Assembly: GCA_050179755.1 (NCBI GenBank)
Contig: JBFXEV010000001.1
Coordinates: forward strand, 35,186-99,185
Length of the DNA: 64,000 bases
Reading direction: 5' to 3'
From: Candidatus Babeliales bacterium
GTDB taxonomy: Bacteria; Babelota; Babeliae; Babelales; JBFXEV01
The notes below the pieces were generated by a model. That model saw nothing but the letters and a program-made list of their open reading frames with translations. It made no database searches and was not told the origin of the DNA. Below are positions 47,567 through 58,403 of the stretch, piece by piece (the first letter of the stretch is position 1; each line of letters starts with the position of its first letter). Made by a program: the position numbers and the translations under genes.

Positions 47567-48202
47567 CTACGTATGAATCTGCTTAGTAACTAATCTAATC
47601 ACTTCATCAAGATCGTCTGTCATCACAAATAAATTCTTAAATTCGGCGTCAATAAAACCATGCGTAAATGCCACGTCTACCCACTCACTAAAACTTGCCC
47701 AAAATGAAGTTCCTACTAACACAACAGGAGACCGCCTTATTTGTTTCATTTTAATGAGGTTCATAATATCACCTAGTTCATCGAACGTGCCAACACCTCC
47801 GGGAAAAATCACATATGCATCAGAATAATACATCAATAGCCATTTGCGCGCAGAAAAATTGCTTAAAAATATAGTAGTACGTTCGCAGCGAGACGAAGCC
47901 GGCTCATCTATACCAATCACGTTAATGCCAAAGCCAAACGGTTTTTTGCCAGTACTTACTGCTCCACATAATACCGCTTCCATAATGCCCATGCCACCGC
48001 CAGTAATCACCGCTTGATCAGCATCTGCAAGTTTTTTGCCTAACTCAAAAGCTATTTTATAAAAATGGGAATTATAATCTGCATGATGGCCGCCAAACAC
48101 GGTAACGATTGGCTTTTTTAAGCGATATAAATGCCATAGTCCGCGTACAAATTGAGGCCATTGCCAAAGATACTGTGCTGCATGCCTTGTTTTTCCGTAC
48201 AT
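47567..48202 (-). CDS. LOG family nucleotide phosphoribohydrolase (TIGR00730-like), paralog 2
   Basis: ITGGGMGIMEA, FSARKWLL, PGGVGTFDE. Confidence 0.88.
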   Translation of the reverse strand: MYGKTRHAAQYLWQWPQFVRGLWHLYRLKKPIVTVFGGHHADYNSHFYKIAFELGKKLADADQAVITGGGMGIMEAVLCGAVSTGKKPFGFGINVIGIDEPASSRCERTTIFLSNFSARKWLLMYYSDAYVIFPGGVGTFDELGDIMNLIKMKQIRRSPVVLVGTSFWASFSEWVDVAFTHGFIDAEFKNLFVMTDDLDEVIRLVTKQIHT

Positions 48203-48915
48203 TACTCATCCCTTTTCTTTAATTTTTCGACTGGCATATTGCACGTTTGGCAGCGCTCTTTAAGCAATAAAAGTGCTTCATCAATATCGTCAGTCACATG
48301 GATTAAATTAATATCGTCGTTAGTAATGAGCCCCTCATGCAAAGCGCTTTTATGCATCCATTCTATAAAATGCTTCCAATAGTCTTTGCCAAACAGCACA
48401 ACCGGTACACCAGGCAGTTTTTTTGTATGAATTAGCGTAATAACTTCCGCAAACTCATCTAAGGTGCCAAATCCCCCAGGAAACACAGCAAATGCCACTG
48501 AGTAATTAATCATAAGCCATTTGCGCGCAAAAAATTCAGGCATAATAAAGTATTCTTGGGCACATTCCTGCGCCATCTTTTCTCCCAAACCTTCCACAGT
48601 AATACCAATAGAACGGGCTGTTATACCCTCTCGTATTTGATGCGTTGCACCACATCCTGCTGCGCGCATGATGCCTGGTCCTCCCCCCGTAATAACGGAA
48701 ATATTTTCTTGAATTAATCTATGAGCAAGTTGATGTGCAAGCTGAGCGTACGTACTGTTATGCGGCAAAAGGTGACCTCCAAATATGGTCACGACCGGCC
48801 TTGGAAGTTTACCTAATCTCCAAGCGCCTCTGAGCATTTGCACAAAAACAGTACCTAATTGCCAGGTAACTTTCAAGCAAAAACCAATACGTTTAAAAAT
48901 AGATAACATTGCCAA
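48202..48915 (-). CDS. LOG family nucleotide phosphoribohydrolase (TIGR00730-like), paralog 1
   Basis: ITGGGPGIM, FFARKWLM, PGGFGTLDE. Confidence 0.9.
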   Translation of the reverse strand: MAMLSIFKRIGFCLKVTWQLGTVFVQMLRGAWRLGKLPRPVVTIFGGHLLPHNSTYAQLAHQLAHRLIQENISVITGGGPGIMRAAGCGATHQIREGITARSIGITVEGLGEKMAQECAQEYFIMPEFFARKWLMINYSVAFAVFPGGFGTLDEFAEVITLIHTKKLPGVPVVLFGKDYWKHFIEWMHKSALHEGLITNDDINLIHVTDDIDEALLLLKERCQTCNMPVEKLKKRDE

Positions 48916-48968
48916 GAACTCCTTTTGTTCATCGCAGCTATTTTTAGAAATTATAGAGTCAAATAAGT

Positions 48969-49391
48969 TTATAGCACCATGAACCCCATGCCCATAAGCA
49001 AGAGTACTGAACCGATAATAGATTTCCAGGTTACTGCTTCACCCAAAAAAACCATAGCCAAATATATGATAAAAACAATTGAAAGTTGATCAAGAGATGC
49101 TGCACGAGAAGCTGAAGCATTGCTTACTACCAGGTAATATGAAGCATAATATATTGCTGCAAACAGCGAGCTTGCCACAATATAAGGTACTACTTGCATA
49201 TCAATGGTAGAGAATGTAGAAAGCTTATTAGAATAAAAGAGCATGCCCACGAGGACTGCTAGCGTTGCAGATGTTTGTATGACCCCTACCAACGTACTGT
49301 CAATGTAACGGGTTCCCATTTTATCACAGATTACAACCATTGCTGAACTAAATGCAGAAACTATACCAAGTGGTATCCACACGTCCTTCAT
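48969..49391 (-). CDS. EamA/DMT family small membrane transporter
   Basis: Five TM helices; SLDQLSIVF, FLGEAVT. Confidence 0.75.
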   Translation of the reverse strand: MKDVWIPLGIVSAFSSAMVVICDKMGTRYIDSTLVGVIQTSATLAVLVGMLFYSNKLSTFSTIDMQVVPYIVASSLFAAIYYASYYLVVSNASASRAASLDQLSIVFIIYLAMVFLGEAVTWKSIIGSVLLLMGMGFMVL

Positions 49392-49777
49392 ATGCGCCCC
49401 CTAATTATTGATTGTCTACTTCGCATAAAATCCTAGGTTAAAGTGAACTATTTTTTATTCACAATACTCTATTTAAAAAATAGTGCAATAATATTCTGTC
49501 TCATCTGTCTATCAAATGACCGGACTAGTCTTTTACCTTAAAAGAGGACAGAGTATTTGTTGTTTTTTAAGCTATCTTTGTGTCTTAGATTTTTTGCCAC
49601 TGCTCTCTTCATATTAACCTTACTCTTTTATGAGCATTAAAATAAACATATTGATAAAGTTTGCATCAATATGTGAATATGCTACCCTTAAACTGCCTGA
49701 TATTAAAGCCATAAGCCCCAAGAAATAACCTGACTTGCAAACCATTGGAGCAAGTACATTCTAGTAGAAAATACGTA

Positions 49778-50602
49778 ATGAACATGAAGCACTTTTTGTA
49801 TCTTTCTTTTTTAATCAGCACTCTGCTATCTATCATACCAATTAATGGCCGCGCTCCTGCAGTGCATCTAAACTTCAATATAGGTAGACGGGTTGTTCCG
49901 ATAAAAGGAGCTGTTATTGTAGAGGAGGAACTTGAAACTACCGTACGCGATGATGGATCGGGCATTCTCTGGCGAAACACTGCTCTTTATGGCATTAGTG
50001 AACATTTGGGCTTGCGCTTATTTATCCCAGTCTTTTTAAAACGAAAAGTGGGCAATGATATTGCTCGCGGATTAAGTGATATTAGTTTAGAAGCGCTTCT
50101 TATTAAATTCTTACAACCATACAATGCGGGTATACTTGGTCTTGGTTTTTTTGCTCCAACCGGTAGCATTAAGTCTCGCCCAAATCTTGGCACGGGTAAT
50201 TACAATCTTATTTTTACTGCACAATGGATCCATTCCTCTCCCCATTGGTATTGTTCCTTTTTCTTAAGGCCTGTGGGCGCGATTAAACGCCATGGCAGAT
50301 ATGCAGGCTCAATACTTAACTTTGAATATTTATTTGGTCCCAAATTTATCTTAGGAAACTCAAAGTTGCCGCTTGCAACACTTTTGATATTAGATGGGGC
50401 CTACCGAAAACCCGCAAAAATTAATGGACTGACCGTGCCTAACACTGGAGGCACCGTAGTAATTCTTGGTCCGTTTATTTCAGTGCGCACTGGCCGCATG
50501 ATAGTTCAAGGGCGCGTACAATTTCCTATTTTGCAACGCTATAGAGGCACGCAGGAAAAACTTAATTACATAGCAGCAGCTACCGTGCAATATTATTTCT
50601 AG
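49778..50602 (+). CDS. Putative outer-membrane beta-barrel (MetA-pathway/SphA-like), paralog 1
   Basis: Signal peptide; YGIS, RGLSDI, APTG, LGTG, PNTGG, C-terminal Phe. Confidence 0.6.
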   Translation: MNMKHFLYLSFLISTLLSIIPINGRAPAVHLNFNIGRRVVPIKGAVIVEEELETTVRDDGSGILWRNTALYGISEHLGLRLFIPVFLKRKVGNDIARGLSDISLEALLIKFLQPYNAGILGLGFFAPTGSIKSRPNLGTGNYNLIFTAQWIHSSPHWYCSFFLRPVGAIKRHGRYAGSILNFEYLFGPKFILGNSKLPLATLLILDGAYRKPAKINGLTVPNTGGTVVILGPFISVRTGRMIVQGRVQFPILQRYRGTQEKLNYIAAATVQYYF

Positions 50603-50609
50603 AGAACAC

Positions 50610-51440
50610 GTGATGAAAACAGTATCAATTTTTTTAGTTTTGCTTTTTAAAATTCTTACGCTATTTGCGCATGCTGCGGCACATGAACCGATTCCCATCA
50701 ACGGTAAATTCAGCATTGGCAGAGAAACCATCACAAGTAAAGGTTACGGTTCTTATGTTACCGGCTCGCTCATGTTTATAGGTCATGAAGCAAACTTACT
50801 ATTTTATTTTAATGCATTTTCTTATGGTATTTCAGAACGTGTAGGTTGCACATTTACCGTGCCTATAGTTTTACATTTCAGAGAAAATAAAGACGTGTCT
50901 CGTGGTCTTTTTGATCTTCGTTTTAACATGCAATGGCATTTGTATAGAAGTGAAAATGAAATTGTAGTACTCAAAACGGGCATGTGGTTTCCTACTGGCG
51001 ATATATTGGCTCGACCGCCACTCAGCTTTGGCTCATTTAATCCAACAGTTTATTTGATTGCAGCACATTCTTCTGAACGCTTGTACGCTAATGCGACAGT
51101 TGGTAGCGTTATTACTACCACACGTAAGCACCGTAACACAGGCGGCTTTATTGATTATCATCTAAGCGTAGGGCCCAAATTTCCATTGGACACAAAAAAC
51201 CATAGCCAGTTATATGCCTTTTTAGAACTTCAAGGATATTATTTTTTTGCAGCAAAATTTAGAAATGTGCGCGTGCCTAACACCGGTGAGCATTTATTAT
51301 TTTTAGGCCCCAGCGTTTCTTATGATAGCGACTTCTTCCAAATACTTGCAAGTATTGGTGTGACCGTACTTGATCATCGCAAAGGCATACAACCGCGTAC
51401 AGACTTTCTTGCTCAAATTTGGTTTGGGAGAAGATTTTGA
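50610..51440 (+). CDS. Putative outer-membrane beta-barrel, paralog 2
   Basis: SYGIS, RGLFDL, FPTGD, FLELQG, PNTGEH, C-terminal Phe. Confidence 0.6.
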   Translation: MMKTVSIFLVLLFKILTLFAHAAAHEPIPINGKFSIGRETITSKGYGSYVTGSLMFIGHEANLLFYFNAFSYGISERVGCTFTVPIVLHFRENKDVSRGLFDLRFNMQWHLYRSENEIVVLKTGMWFPTGDILARPPLSFGSFNPTVYLIAAHSSERLYANATVGSVITTTRKHRNTGGFIDYHLSVGPKFPLDTKNHSQLYAFLELQGYYFFAAKFRNVRVPNTGEHLLFLGPSVSYDSDFFQILASIGVTVLDHRKGIQPRTDFLAQIWFGRRF

Positions 51441-52267
51441 AAAACCACTTTATTATACATTTTTTTGCACTCTTTTTTGCTGCAATGCTACCGTGCATAC
51501 TGCATGGCCGCGATCCCTTCCCCATGAACAGAAAATTTAATATTGGTCAAGATATTATAACCAGTGATGGCTATGGTCTTCTTAATTTAGATAACCCCTA
51601 TCTTATGCAACAAAATAATAAAGCTGACATTGGTTTAAGCTGTAGCATATCCTATGGCATCAACAGGTTTCTCGGTATAACATTCTCCGTTCCATTTTTT
51701 CTACAACATGCAGACAATCCTTACACTTCTCGGGGACTAGGTGACATTTCAACTTTTATGCAATTTCACATGCACCGTACAGAGAATGTTCTGGTGCTAT
51801 TCAAAGCTGGCATGCAATTTCCCACCGGAGACACCAACACACGCCCAGCGCTTGGTTCTGGCTCTTTTAACCCACTTGTTAATTTTGAAGCATATTATTC
51901 GCCTGATCGCTTTTTTGCAAGCCTTATTCTTGCAAGCACTATCACCACAACCCGTAACCATAAAAAAGCAGGAACTATTCTTGATTATGAAATTACTCTG
52001 GGGCCAAAATTCCCCTTGCGCTTTGTAAAAGATTCTTATTTTTATGTATTTCTCGAACTTCAAGGCTTTCATCTTTTTAAGAGTAAGGCATACGGTGAAT
52101 CAATTCCAAAAAGTGACGGCCATTTATTATTATTTGGCCCAATTCTTTCCTATGATATAGCAGACTGCCAATATTTACTCAGAATCCAATTTCCTATTGC
52201 TCACCGTAAGTTCGGTACTCATAAAATTGATTATCTTGTTTCCTTATCATTCCAAAAAGACATTTAA
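51437..52267 (+). CDS. Putative outer-membrane beta-barrel, paralog 3
   Basis: SYGIN, RGLGDI, FPTGD, LGSGSFNP, FLELQG; probable TTG start overlapping upstream TGA. Confidence 0.6.
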   Translation: MKNHFIIHFFALFFAAMLPCILHGRDPFPMNRKFNIGQDIITSDGYGLLNLDNPYLMQQNNKADIGLSCSISYGINRFLGITFSVPFFLQHADNPYTSRGLGDISTFMQFHMHRTENVLVLFKAGMQFPTGDTNTRPALGSGSFNPLVNFEAYYSPDRFFASLILASTITTTRNHKKAGTILDYEITLGPKFPLRFVKDSYFYVFLELQGFHLFKSKAYGESIPKSDGHLLLFGPILSYDIADCQYLLRIQFPIAHRKFGTHKIDYLVSLSFQKDI

Positions 52268-52379
52268 AAAAAGTCGATAAAGATACGGCACTGTTCCCTG
52301 TACTGTATACTTTCTAGCACTGAAAACGGTATACTAAATAAGAGAGAAATAGTTACAGAACAGCTCTCCATCAAATTTT

Positions 52380-52422
52380 GCAGGGGTATGAAGCTACTTT
52401 TAATATTACTTCATACCCCTGC
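52380..52422. other. Strong intergenic hairpin
   Basis: GCAGGGGTATGAAG...CTTCATACCCCTGC 14-bp inverted repeat. Confidence 0.6.
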
Positions 52423-52517
52423 CTCCCCCTGTTCATCTGCGCGAGACTTGTCGTACTTAGGTAATAAAATACCCTAAAATGCCACCATCCTTCATCTCTT
52501 GATAATTCCCGCCAGAC

Positions 52518-52548
52518 CCCCTGCCCTCCGAAGCTTTAGCGTAGTGGG
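52518..52548 (-). repeat. REP-like element (CTACGCTAAAGCTTCGG family)
   Basis: Reverse complement CCCACTACGCTAAAGCTTCGGAGGGCAGGG resembles 57092 TCCTCCTACGCCAAGGCTCCGGCGGACAGG. Confidence 0.6.
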
Positions 52549-52630
52549 GCACTAGTTATTGCTCTTAACTTTTATCTCCTGCTACTCTAATATCAATAGG
52601 GATGTTGACTATCTAAAAAAGGAGAATGTC

Positions 52631-53041
52631 ATGGCAAGCCATTTAAATGAAGAATTAATTGCAATTTTAAACGATTGTATCGCAACGACCGAAGGCTGCA
52701 TTGATGCGTGCCAAGTGTTAACTGAAAAATGCAGCACAACCGACATTGTAGAATGTGGTGAACAACTTGGTGAATGCCAAGAAGCATGCCAAAACACCAT
52801 TGATTCTTGTCATGCAGCTATTGAAGAATGTTCTGATCATATGGGCATCTGCGATGAAGACGATTGTGAAGAGAAATGCTTAGCAGTCATTGAAGCAGCA
52901 GAAGAATGTATTGAATCATGTGAGGAGCTTCTTGAAGCGTGTGATGCTGAATATGAAGATTGCATGGACACGAGCTTTAAAACAATGACCGCGTGTGAAA
53001 ACTGTGCACAAGCTTGTAACGATTGTTTACAAGAAGATTAA
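52631..53041 (+). CDS. Cys-rich acidic four-helix-bundle protein, copper-storage (Csp3/DUF326)-like
   Basis: AAGGAG SD; 136 aa with 20 Cys in helical CxxxC/CxxC spacing; ends ACENCAQACNDC. Confidence 0.7.
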   Translation: MASHLNEELIAILNDCIATTEGCIDACQVLTEKCSTTDIVECGEQLGECQEACQNTIDSCHAAIEECSDHMGICDEDDCEEKCLAVIEAAEECIESCEELLEACDAEYEDCMDTSFKTMTACENCAQACNDCLQED

Positions 53042-53071
53042 AATTGAATATCTCAACAAAAAGGAGATCCT

Positions 53072-53476
53072 ATGATGCATAATTGTAAAAACCTCTATAC
53101 CGCGTGGTATTTGCTATATATTACGTATGGCGTGCTGGCAATTGCAGCAGGGGCGGACAAATTTTTTGATATGCTTGTGTATTGGCCAATATATTTAAAC
53201 CCTAAAATTCCTGCTTTATTTAACATGTCAGCACAACAATTTATGTATGGCGTAGGTATTATTGAAATTCTTGCAGGCCTTCTGGTTTTTGCACGGCCAT
53301 TTTACGGTGGTCTTTTAATTGCCGCATGGTTTGGACTGATTATACTCAACTTACTAAGCACCGGCCAATACTTTGATATTGCAGTGCGCGATGTAGGCCT
53401 TGTCGTTGGTGCGCTCGTGTTATCACTTTTAACATTAGAGCTTGCACACCGAGAACATGATCTTTCCCGCAGATAA
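53072..53476 (+). CDS. DoxX-family membrane protein
   Basis: AGADKFF, GIIEILAG, FDIAVRDVGL. Confidence 0.8.
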   Translation: MMHNCKNLYTAWYLLYITYGVLAIAAGADKFFDMLVYWPIYLNPKIPALFNMSAQQFMYGVGIIEILAGLLVFARPFYGGLLIAAWFGLIILNLLSTGQYFDIAVRDVGLVVGALVLSLLTLELAHREHDLSRR

Positions 53477-53492
53477 AAATAGAAATAATCTT

Positions 53493-53523
53493 CAAGGCAA
53501 GCATAATTATGCTTGCCTTTTTT
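53493..53523 (+). terminator. Rho-independent terminator
   Basis: AAGGCAAGCATAATTATGCTTGCCTT palindrome followed by T run. Confidence 0.85.
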
Positions 53524-53667
53524 ATACACCTCTCTACTCTAATACAGCTCAAATAGCACATTTTTTTATTAATTAATCTGCAAAAATCTTAACTTAACGC
53601 TATAAATGGCGGTATACTAACAGTGTATTCTGATTCAAAAGGCAAAAAACAGCATCAAGAGGCGCTC

Positions 53668-54915
53668 ATGCTCATTCGTACACGCTTTGTGTACCTATGG
53701 TTTATTATTATATGTTGGGCACCCTGGAAGGCTCTCGCCCATCCTACACCTTGCAATGAGCAACCATGGATCACCATTTTTGTACATGGCATCATTAGCG
53801 TAAAACCTTTTCTTTCGCCCTATAATATTTATATTTTAATGCGAGATGATATTCACGGATCAGTATATGCGCACACTATTTGCCATGCTCGCAAAGATCC
53901 TTTTTTTGAACATTATCATGCTATGCAACAAATAGGTCTTAAAAAAATAGATCTTAATGTTATAGAAAAATCTCGTGCAGCAACTGCTTTTGCTCGTTCA
54001 TATGACTGTGTTGCACACTCAATTTCATCGCATGAACACAACACATATTATACTTATGGCTGGTCGGCATTACTCAGCAAAAAATTGTGGAAAGATGAAG
54101 GTGAATTATTTTACAAAGCATTGTTACAAGAAATTGAAACCTACCGCGCACAAGGAATTCAGCCAAAAATTCGCATTATAGGCTACAGTCATGGTGGCAC
54201 TATTGCTGCACATCTTGCCAATGCGTATAACGAAGAAAATACCGCATTTTACGTTGATGAACTCATTTTGCTTGGCATGCCCGGCGTACCTGAAGCCAAA
54301 GAATTAATACAAAGCCCACTTTTTAAAAAAATATATCAAATTTATTCACATGGTGATCGCGTGCAAACGCTTGATTTTTTTTCTCTCAATGTAGTCTTTA
54401 GCAGAAAAACCTTTTTTGGTGGTAAAAACTTACCCGATAATTTTCATCAAATCGGCATAAAATTATACCGCCTTTCATCATCATGTACTGCAAAATGTAA
54501 GTATGGCCATGCGTGGCCAGCGCCACCACGCCACGTGCGCCCTGCACACCCCGGCCATACAGAATTATGGTCATTTGGATGGGCTGGCGGCTATCGCCAA
54601 TATTATCCCTTATACCCATTGCCAATAGGCGTCTTTATACCCTGGTTCATTGAGCTTTCAAAACAATGTAGCGATTGCTCACGCCATATTTCTATCGCCA
54701 TGCATCCATATGCTGAGCATACACAAATCAAATGCCATGATACGCATATAACCTATGATCTACCCGGCTTTGATACAAGTCTTATTGAGCAGATGAAAGA
54801 AGACGCATTGCAATTCTGCCCTTATGAATACGGAGCGTTAGCCTATGAACAGCATTTAAAAATTGCCATACGCAAAGCAAATGAAGAATTAAAACATCAA
54901 GACAAAGCCGTTTGA
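53668..54915 (+). CDS. Secreted alpha/beta-hydrolase (lipase-like)
   Basis: Signal peptide; IFVHG, YGWS, nucleophile elbow GYSHGG, LILLGMP, DRVQ, PGHTE. Confidence 0.7.
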   Translation: MLIRTRFVYLWFIIICWAPWKALAHPTPCNEQPWITIFVHGIISVKPFLSPYNIYILMRDDIHGSVYAHTICHARKDPFFEHYHAMQQIGLKKIDLNVIEKSRAATAFARSYDCVAHSISSHEHNTYYTYGWSALLSKKLWKDEGELFYKALLQEIETYRAQGIQPKIRIIGYSHGGTIAAHLANAYNEENTAFYVDELILLGMPGVPEAKELIQSPLFKKIYQIYSHGDRVQTLDFFSLNVVFSRKTFFGGKNLPDNFHQIGIKLYRLSSSCTAKCKYGHAWPAPPRHVRPAHPGHTELWSFGWAGGYRQYYPLYPLPIGVFIPWFIELSKQCSDCSRHISIAMHPYAEHTQIKCHDTHITYDLPGFDTSLIEQMKEDALQFCPYEYGALAYEQHLKIAIRKANEELKHQDKAV

Positions 54916-55694
54916 TATCTATCCAAACGGTTAAAAAATCCTGGTAACCATTGTTTTTCATGAGCCTTGTCAACAGGAGCATGTGACACACGATTTGTTA
55001 ACACTGCTTTAGCCGCTTGCACAAACTGCGCAACAGCATCTTCTTTATGAGTAGTTTCCATTGTTTGTAACACTTGCAATAAACCCCATGCCACGTTATT
55101 ATACCGTTCTTTAGGATCAATACCCGCACCTTTAAAATTCAAGTAATCAAGCAATGCAAAGATTCCTTGTGGTGATTGCATAAGTAAGGTGTAATTTGCA
55201 GTTATCTTTTGTTGCTCTGATGCAAGAGCTTGCTTTTGTATATCAGGCCACATACGTTCAAATCGATCAATAATAAAATCTACTTGCACATGCATAGTGC
55301 TATACATCAGTGCCTTAAGCTCCTCAATTTGTTGTTGATGCTCAGGCTTTAAAAACTCTGCTCGTGTTGACCACGGAGCATAATGCGCATTTTGCAACCA
55401 AGCAGGCATATGAACTAAATTTTTTTTAAAATACTGCAATAATTCGGGAAAAGTTTGTGTGTATTGTTCTTTACAATTTTCTGGAAACCAAATAAAGTGG
55501 CATATGCCAAGTGAGGGGAAATTTTCATTCTGATTCCAAAAAACCAATTTGTCATAATGTCCACTTGCCTCATTAAACCAAATGCGCTCAGCAATTTCCT
55601 TTTTCTGTGCTGGAGTAAGATTAATCTGCAAGGTCTGACTGGCAGTGCAATAAAAAAATAACATACACCATACGTAATATTTTAAAGTATTCAT
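54897..55694 (-). CDS. Exported conserved hypothetical protein
   Basis: Signal-like N-terminus; motifs IWFNE, FPSLGICHFIW, DYLNFKG, WGLLQVL. Confidence 0.65.
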   Translation of the reverse strand: MNTLKYYVWCMLFFYCTASQTLQINLTPAQKKEIAERIWFNEASGHYDKLVFWNQNENFPSLGICHFIWFPENCKEQYTQTFPELLQYFKKNLVHMPAWLQNAHYAPWSTRAEFLKPEHQQQIEELKALMYSTMHVQVDFIIDRFERMWPDIQKQALASEQQKITANYTLLMQSPQGIFALLDYLNFKGAGIDPKERYNNVAWGLLQVLQTMETTHKEDAVAQFVQAAKAVLTNRVSHAPVDKAHEKQWLPGFFNRLDRYQTALS

Positions 55695-55768
55695 AGCATC
55701 TCCCCTAATATGACTAATCATATGTACAGAGTACTATAAATTGAGAACTGTATACAACCAACGAGTAA

Positions 55769-56551
55769 TTAGTGGGAAAGTTGTGACCATATTTTCAAAA
55801 AATCACCCATTGCAAGTTGCTGTGCGCGCTTGCCAAGCAACTCATCATCAAAGCGTGAAAGATCATAATGCGTTTGCGCTAAATTATTGCGCAAAGTTCT
55901 CCTTGGCTGGCGAAAGCACACCTTTATAAATTTCCAAAATTGTTCCTCATTTGGAATTTCCACCAAGTCAGTTTTAGGCTTAAAATAAATTAAGCGAGAG
56001 AATACTTTTGGTGCAGGATAAAAAGCTGAAGGAGGAATCTTAGTAAGTAACTTAAGCTCAAAAAAGTATTGAAAATAAAGCGATATAAAGCCATACCCTT
56101 TGCCAGACTTTTTAACAAGCTTTTGCGCAACTTCCTCTTGAAGCATCACCACACCTTCTTTTAAAAGATGTCTGCTTTCTTGGAACTTATGTAAAATAGG
56201 AAACGTTACGTTATACGGCAAATTAGCAAGTACCGTCCAAGGAGCATGAGGCTCTAAACGCGCCATATCAAGATCTAAAAAGTTTTCCTGATAAACCGTT
56301 AGACGCTGATCTTTGAATTTATTGCGCACAAAACCCGCCCATTCAGGGTCAATTTCAAATACCCATAAACGGGCTATAGGAGTTTGCAAGATTGCTTGCG
56401 TTAAAAAGCCGTCACCACAGCCGATCTCAAAAACAGACGTGTTTTTATCTATTGCTACGGCATCTAGCATTACATTGAGGACCGCTTGATCACGCAAGAA
56501 ATGTTGGCCGTATTGTTTTTTAATGACTATGTTGTGGGAGGTTTTTACCAT
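55769..56551 (-). CDS. rsmA: 16S rRNA adenine dimethyltransferase
   Basis: KQYGQHFL, EIGCGDG, EID, ANLPYN, MLQEEVA, FYPAPKV. Confidence 0.93.
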   Translation of the reverse strand: MVKTSHNIVIKKQYGQHFLRDQAVLNVMLDAVAIDKNTSVFEIGCGDGFLTQAILQTPIARLWVFEIDPEWAGFVRNKFKDQRLTVYQENFLDLDMARLEPHAPWTVLANLPYNVTFPILHKFQESRHLLKEGVVMLQEEVAQKLVKKSGKGYGFISLYFQYFFELKLLTKIPPSAFYPAPKVFSRLIYFKPKTDLVEIPNEEQFWKFIKVCFRQPRRTLRNNLAQTHYDLSRFDDELLGKRAQQLAMGDFLKIWSQLSH

Positions 56552-56689
56552 GAAAGGGTATTTTTTCGTTATTTTAAGGCTTAAAAGTAATATTTTTATT
56601 GTAACTGTCATTCAAGGTGATGGCAAATTTAGTTTAAAGTTGAAAGAGATAGTTCTTTCCTTCGTTCCTTCTCGGCCGCTTATTCATGG

Positions 56690-57205
56690 ATTATCGCTTA
56701 CGCTGCGCGCCTACCCGGCGGGGGCAAACTGTTTTTCTTGTCAAAAACAGTTTAACCAAAAGGACAAATAAGGGGTTTAGGCAACCCCTGTATTTAACCC
56801 CGCCTTATGCTTAAGACAGCTATTATAACATACATTAAGCAATACCTTCTTTCAGTCCTTAACTTACGAAATAAACCGTTCCCAGTTTCGGGTTTTGACA
56901 CACCGCCTCTCAAATAGCTAAACAAATTGGGACATACCTAAAATCTATTGGAATAACTCCTTGGCCATTTAGCCCGGACTCTTAGCATCTTTTTTGCATT
57001 CCAAAAAAGTGCGCCGGAGGAGGATCTAAATGCCGGATACATAAGACTGGAAGTCTTATGTGCCCTTTTAATTCAAAAACCTTTTTGGCAATCCTCCTAC
57101 GCCAAGGCTCCGGCGGACAGGGAAAAAAACTAAAGTGCGGCGACAGCCCGACGTAGCTTGCCGAGCCTGGAGGCCCGGATAAGCGTAAGCGGGGCAGCGC
57201 CTCAA
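56690..57205. repeat. Hairpin-rich intergenic element (possible non-autonomous mobile element or structured RNA)
   Basis: GC-rich ends with loose inverted similarity; several internal hairpins; contains REP-like units at 57092-57121 and 57152-57187. Confidence 0.45.
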
Positions 57206-57263
57206 AGTAAACAATTGGAATATGAGTGTACGACTTGTCCAGGAAAATCTTAAGTACGACAAC

Positions 57264-57296
57264 AAAAAAGCGCCTCTCGTTAAAGAAGCGCTCTTA
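57264..57296 (-). terminator. Terminator of mreB
   Basis: Minus strand AGCGCTTCT-TTAACG-AGAGGCGCT-TTTTT. Confidence 0.7.
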
Positions 57297-57319
57297 CGAA
57301 AAATATCTAAATCAAAAAT

Positions 57320-58384
<1,065 letters not shown>

Positions 58385-58403
58385 TCAGTTAAAATGACCC
58401 ATA

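Noticed and set aside
49495-49555. Possible guanidine-type riboswitch upstream of the EamA gene
   Set aside because: Hairpin potential only; the ykkC or mini-ykkC conserved motifs are not present
57068-57265. 65-aa minus-strand ORF
   Set aside because: Reads through the GC-rich repeat units; no protein-like features
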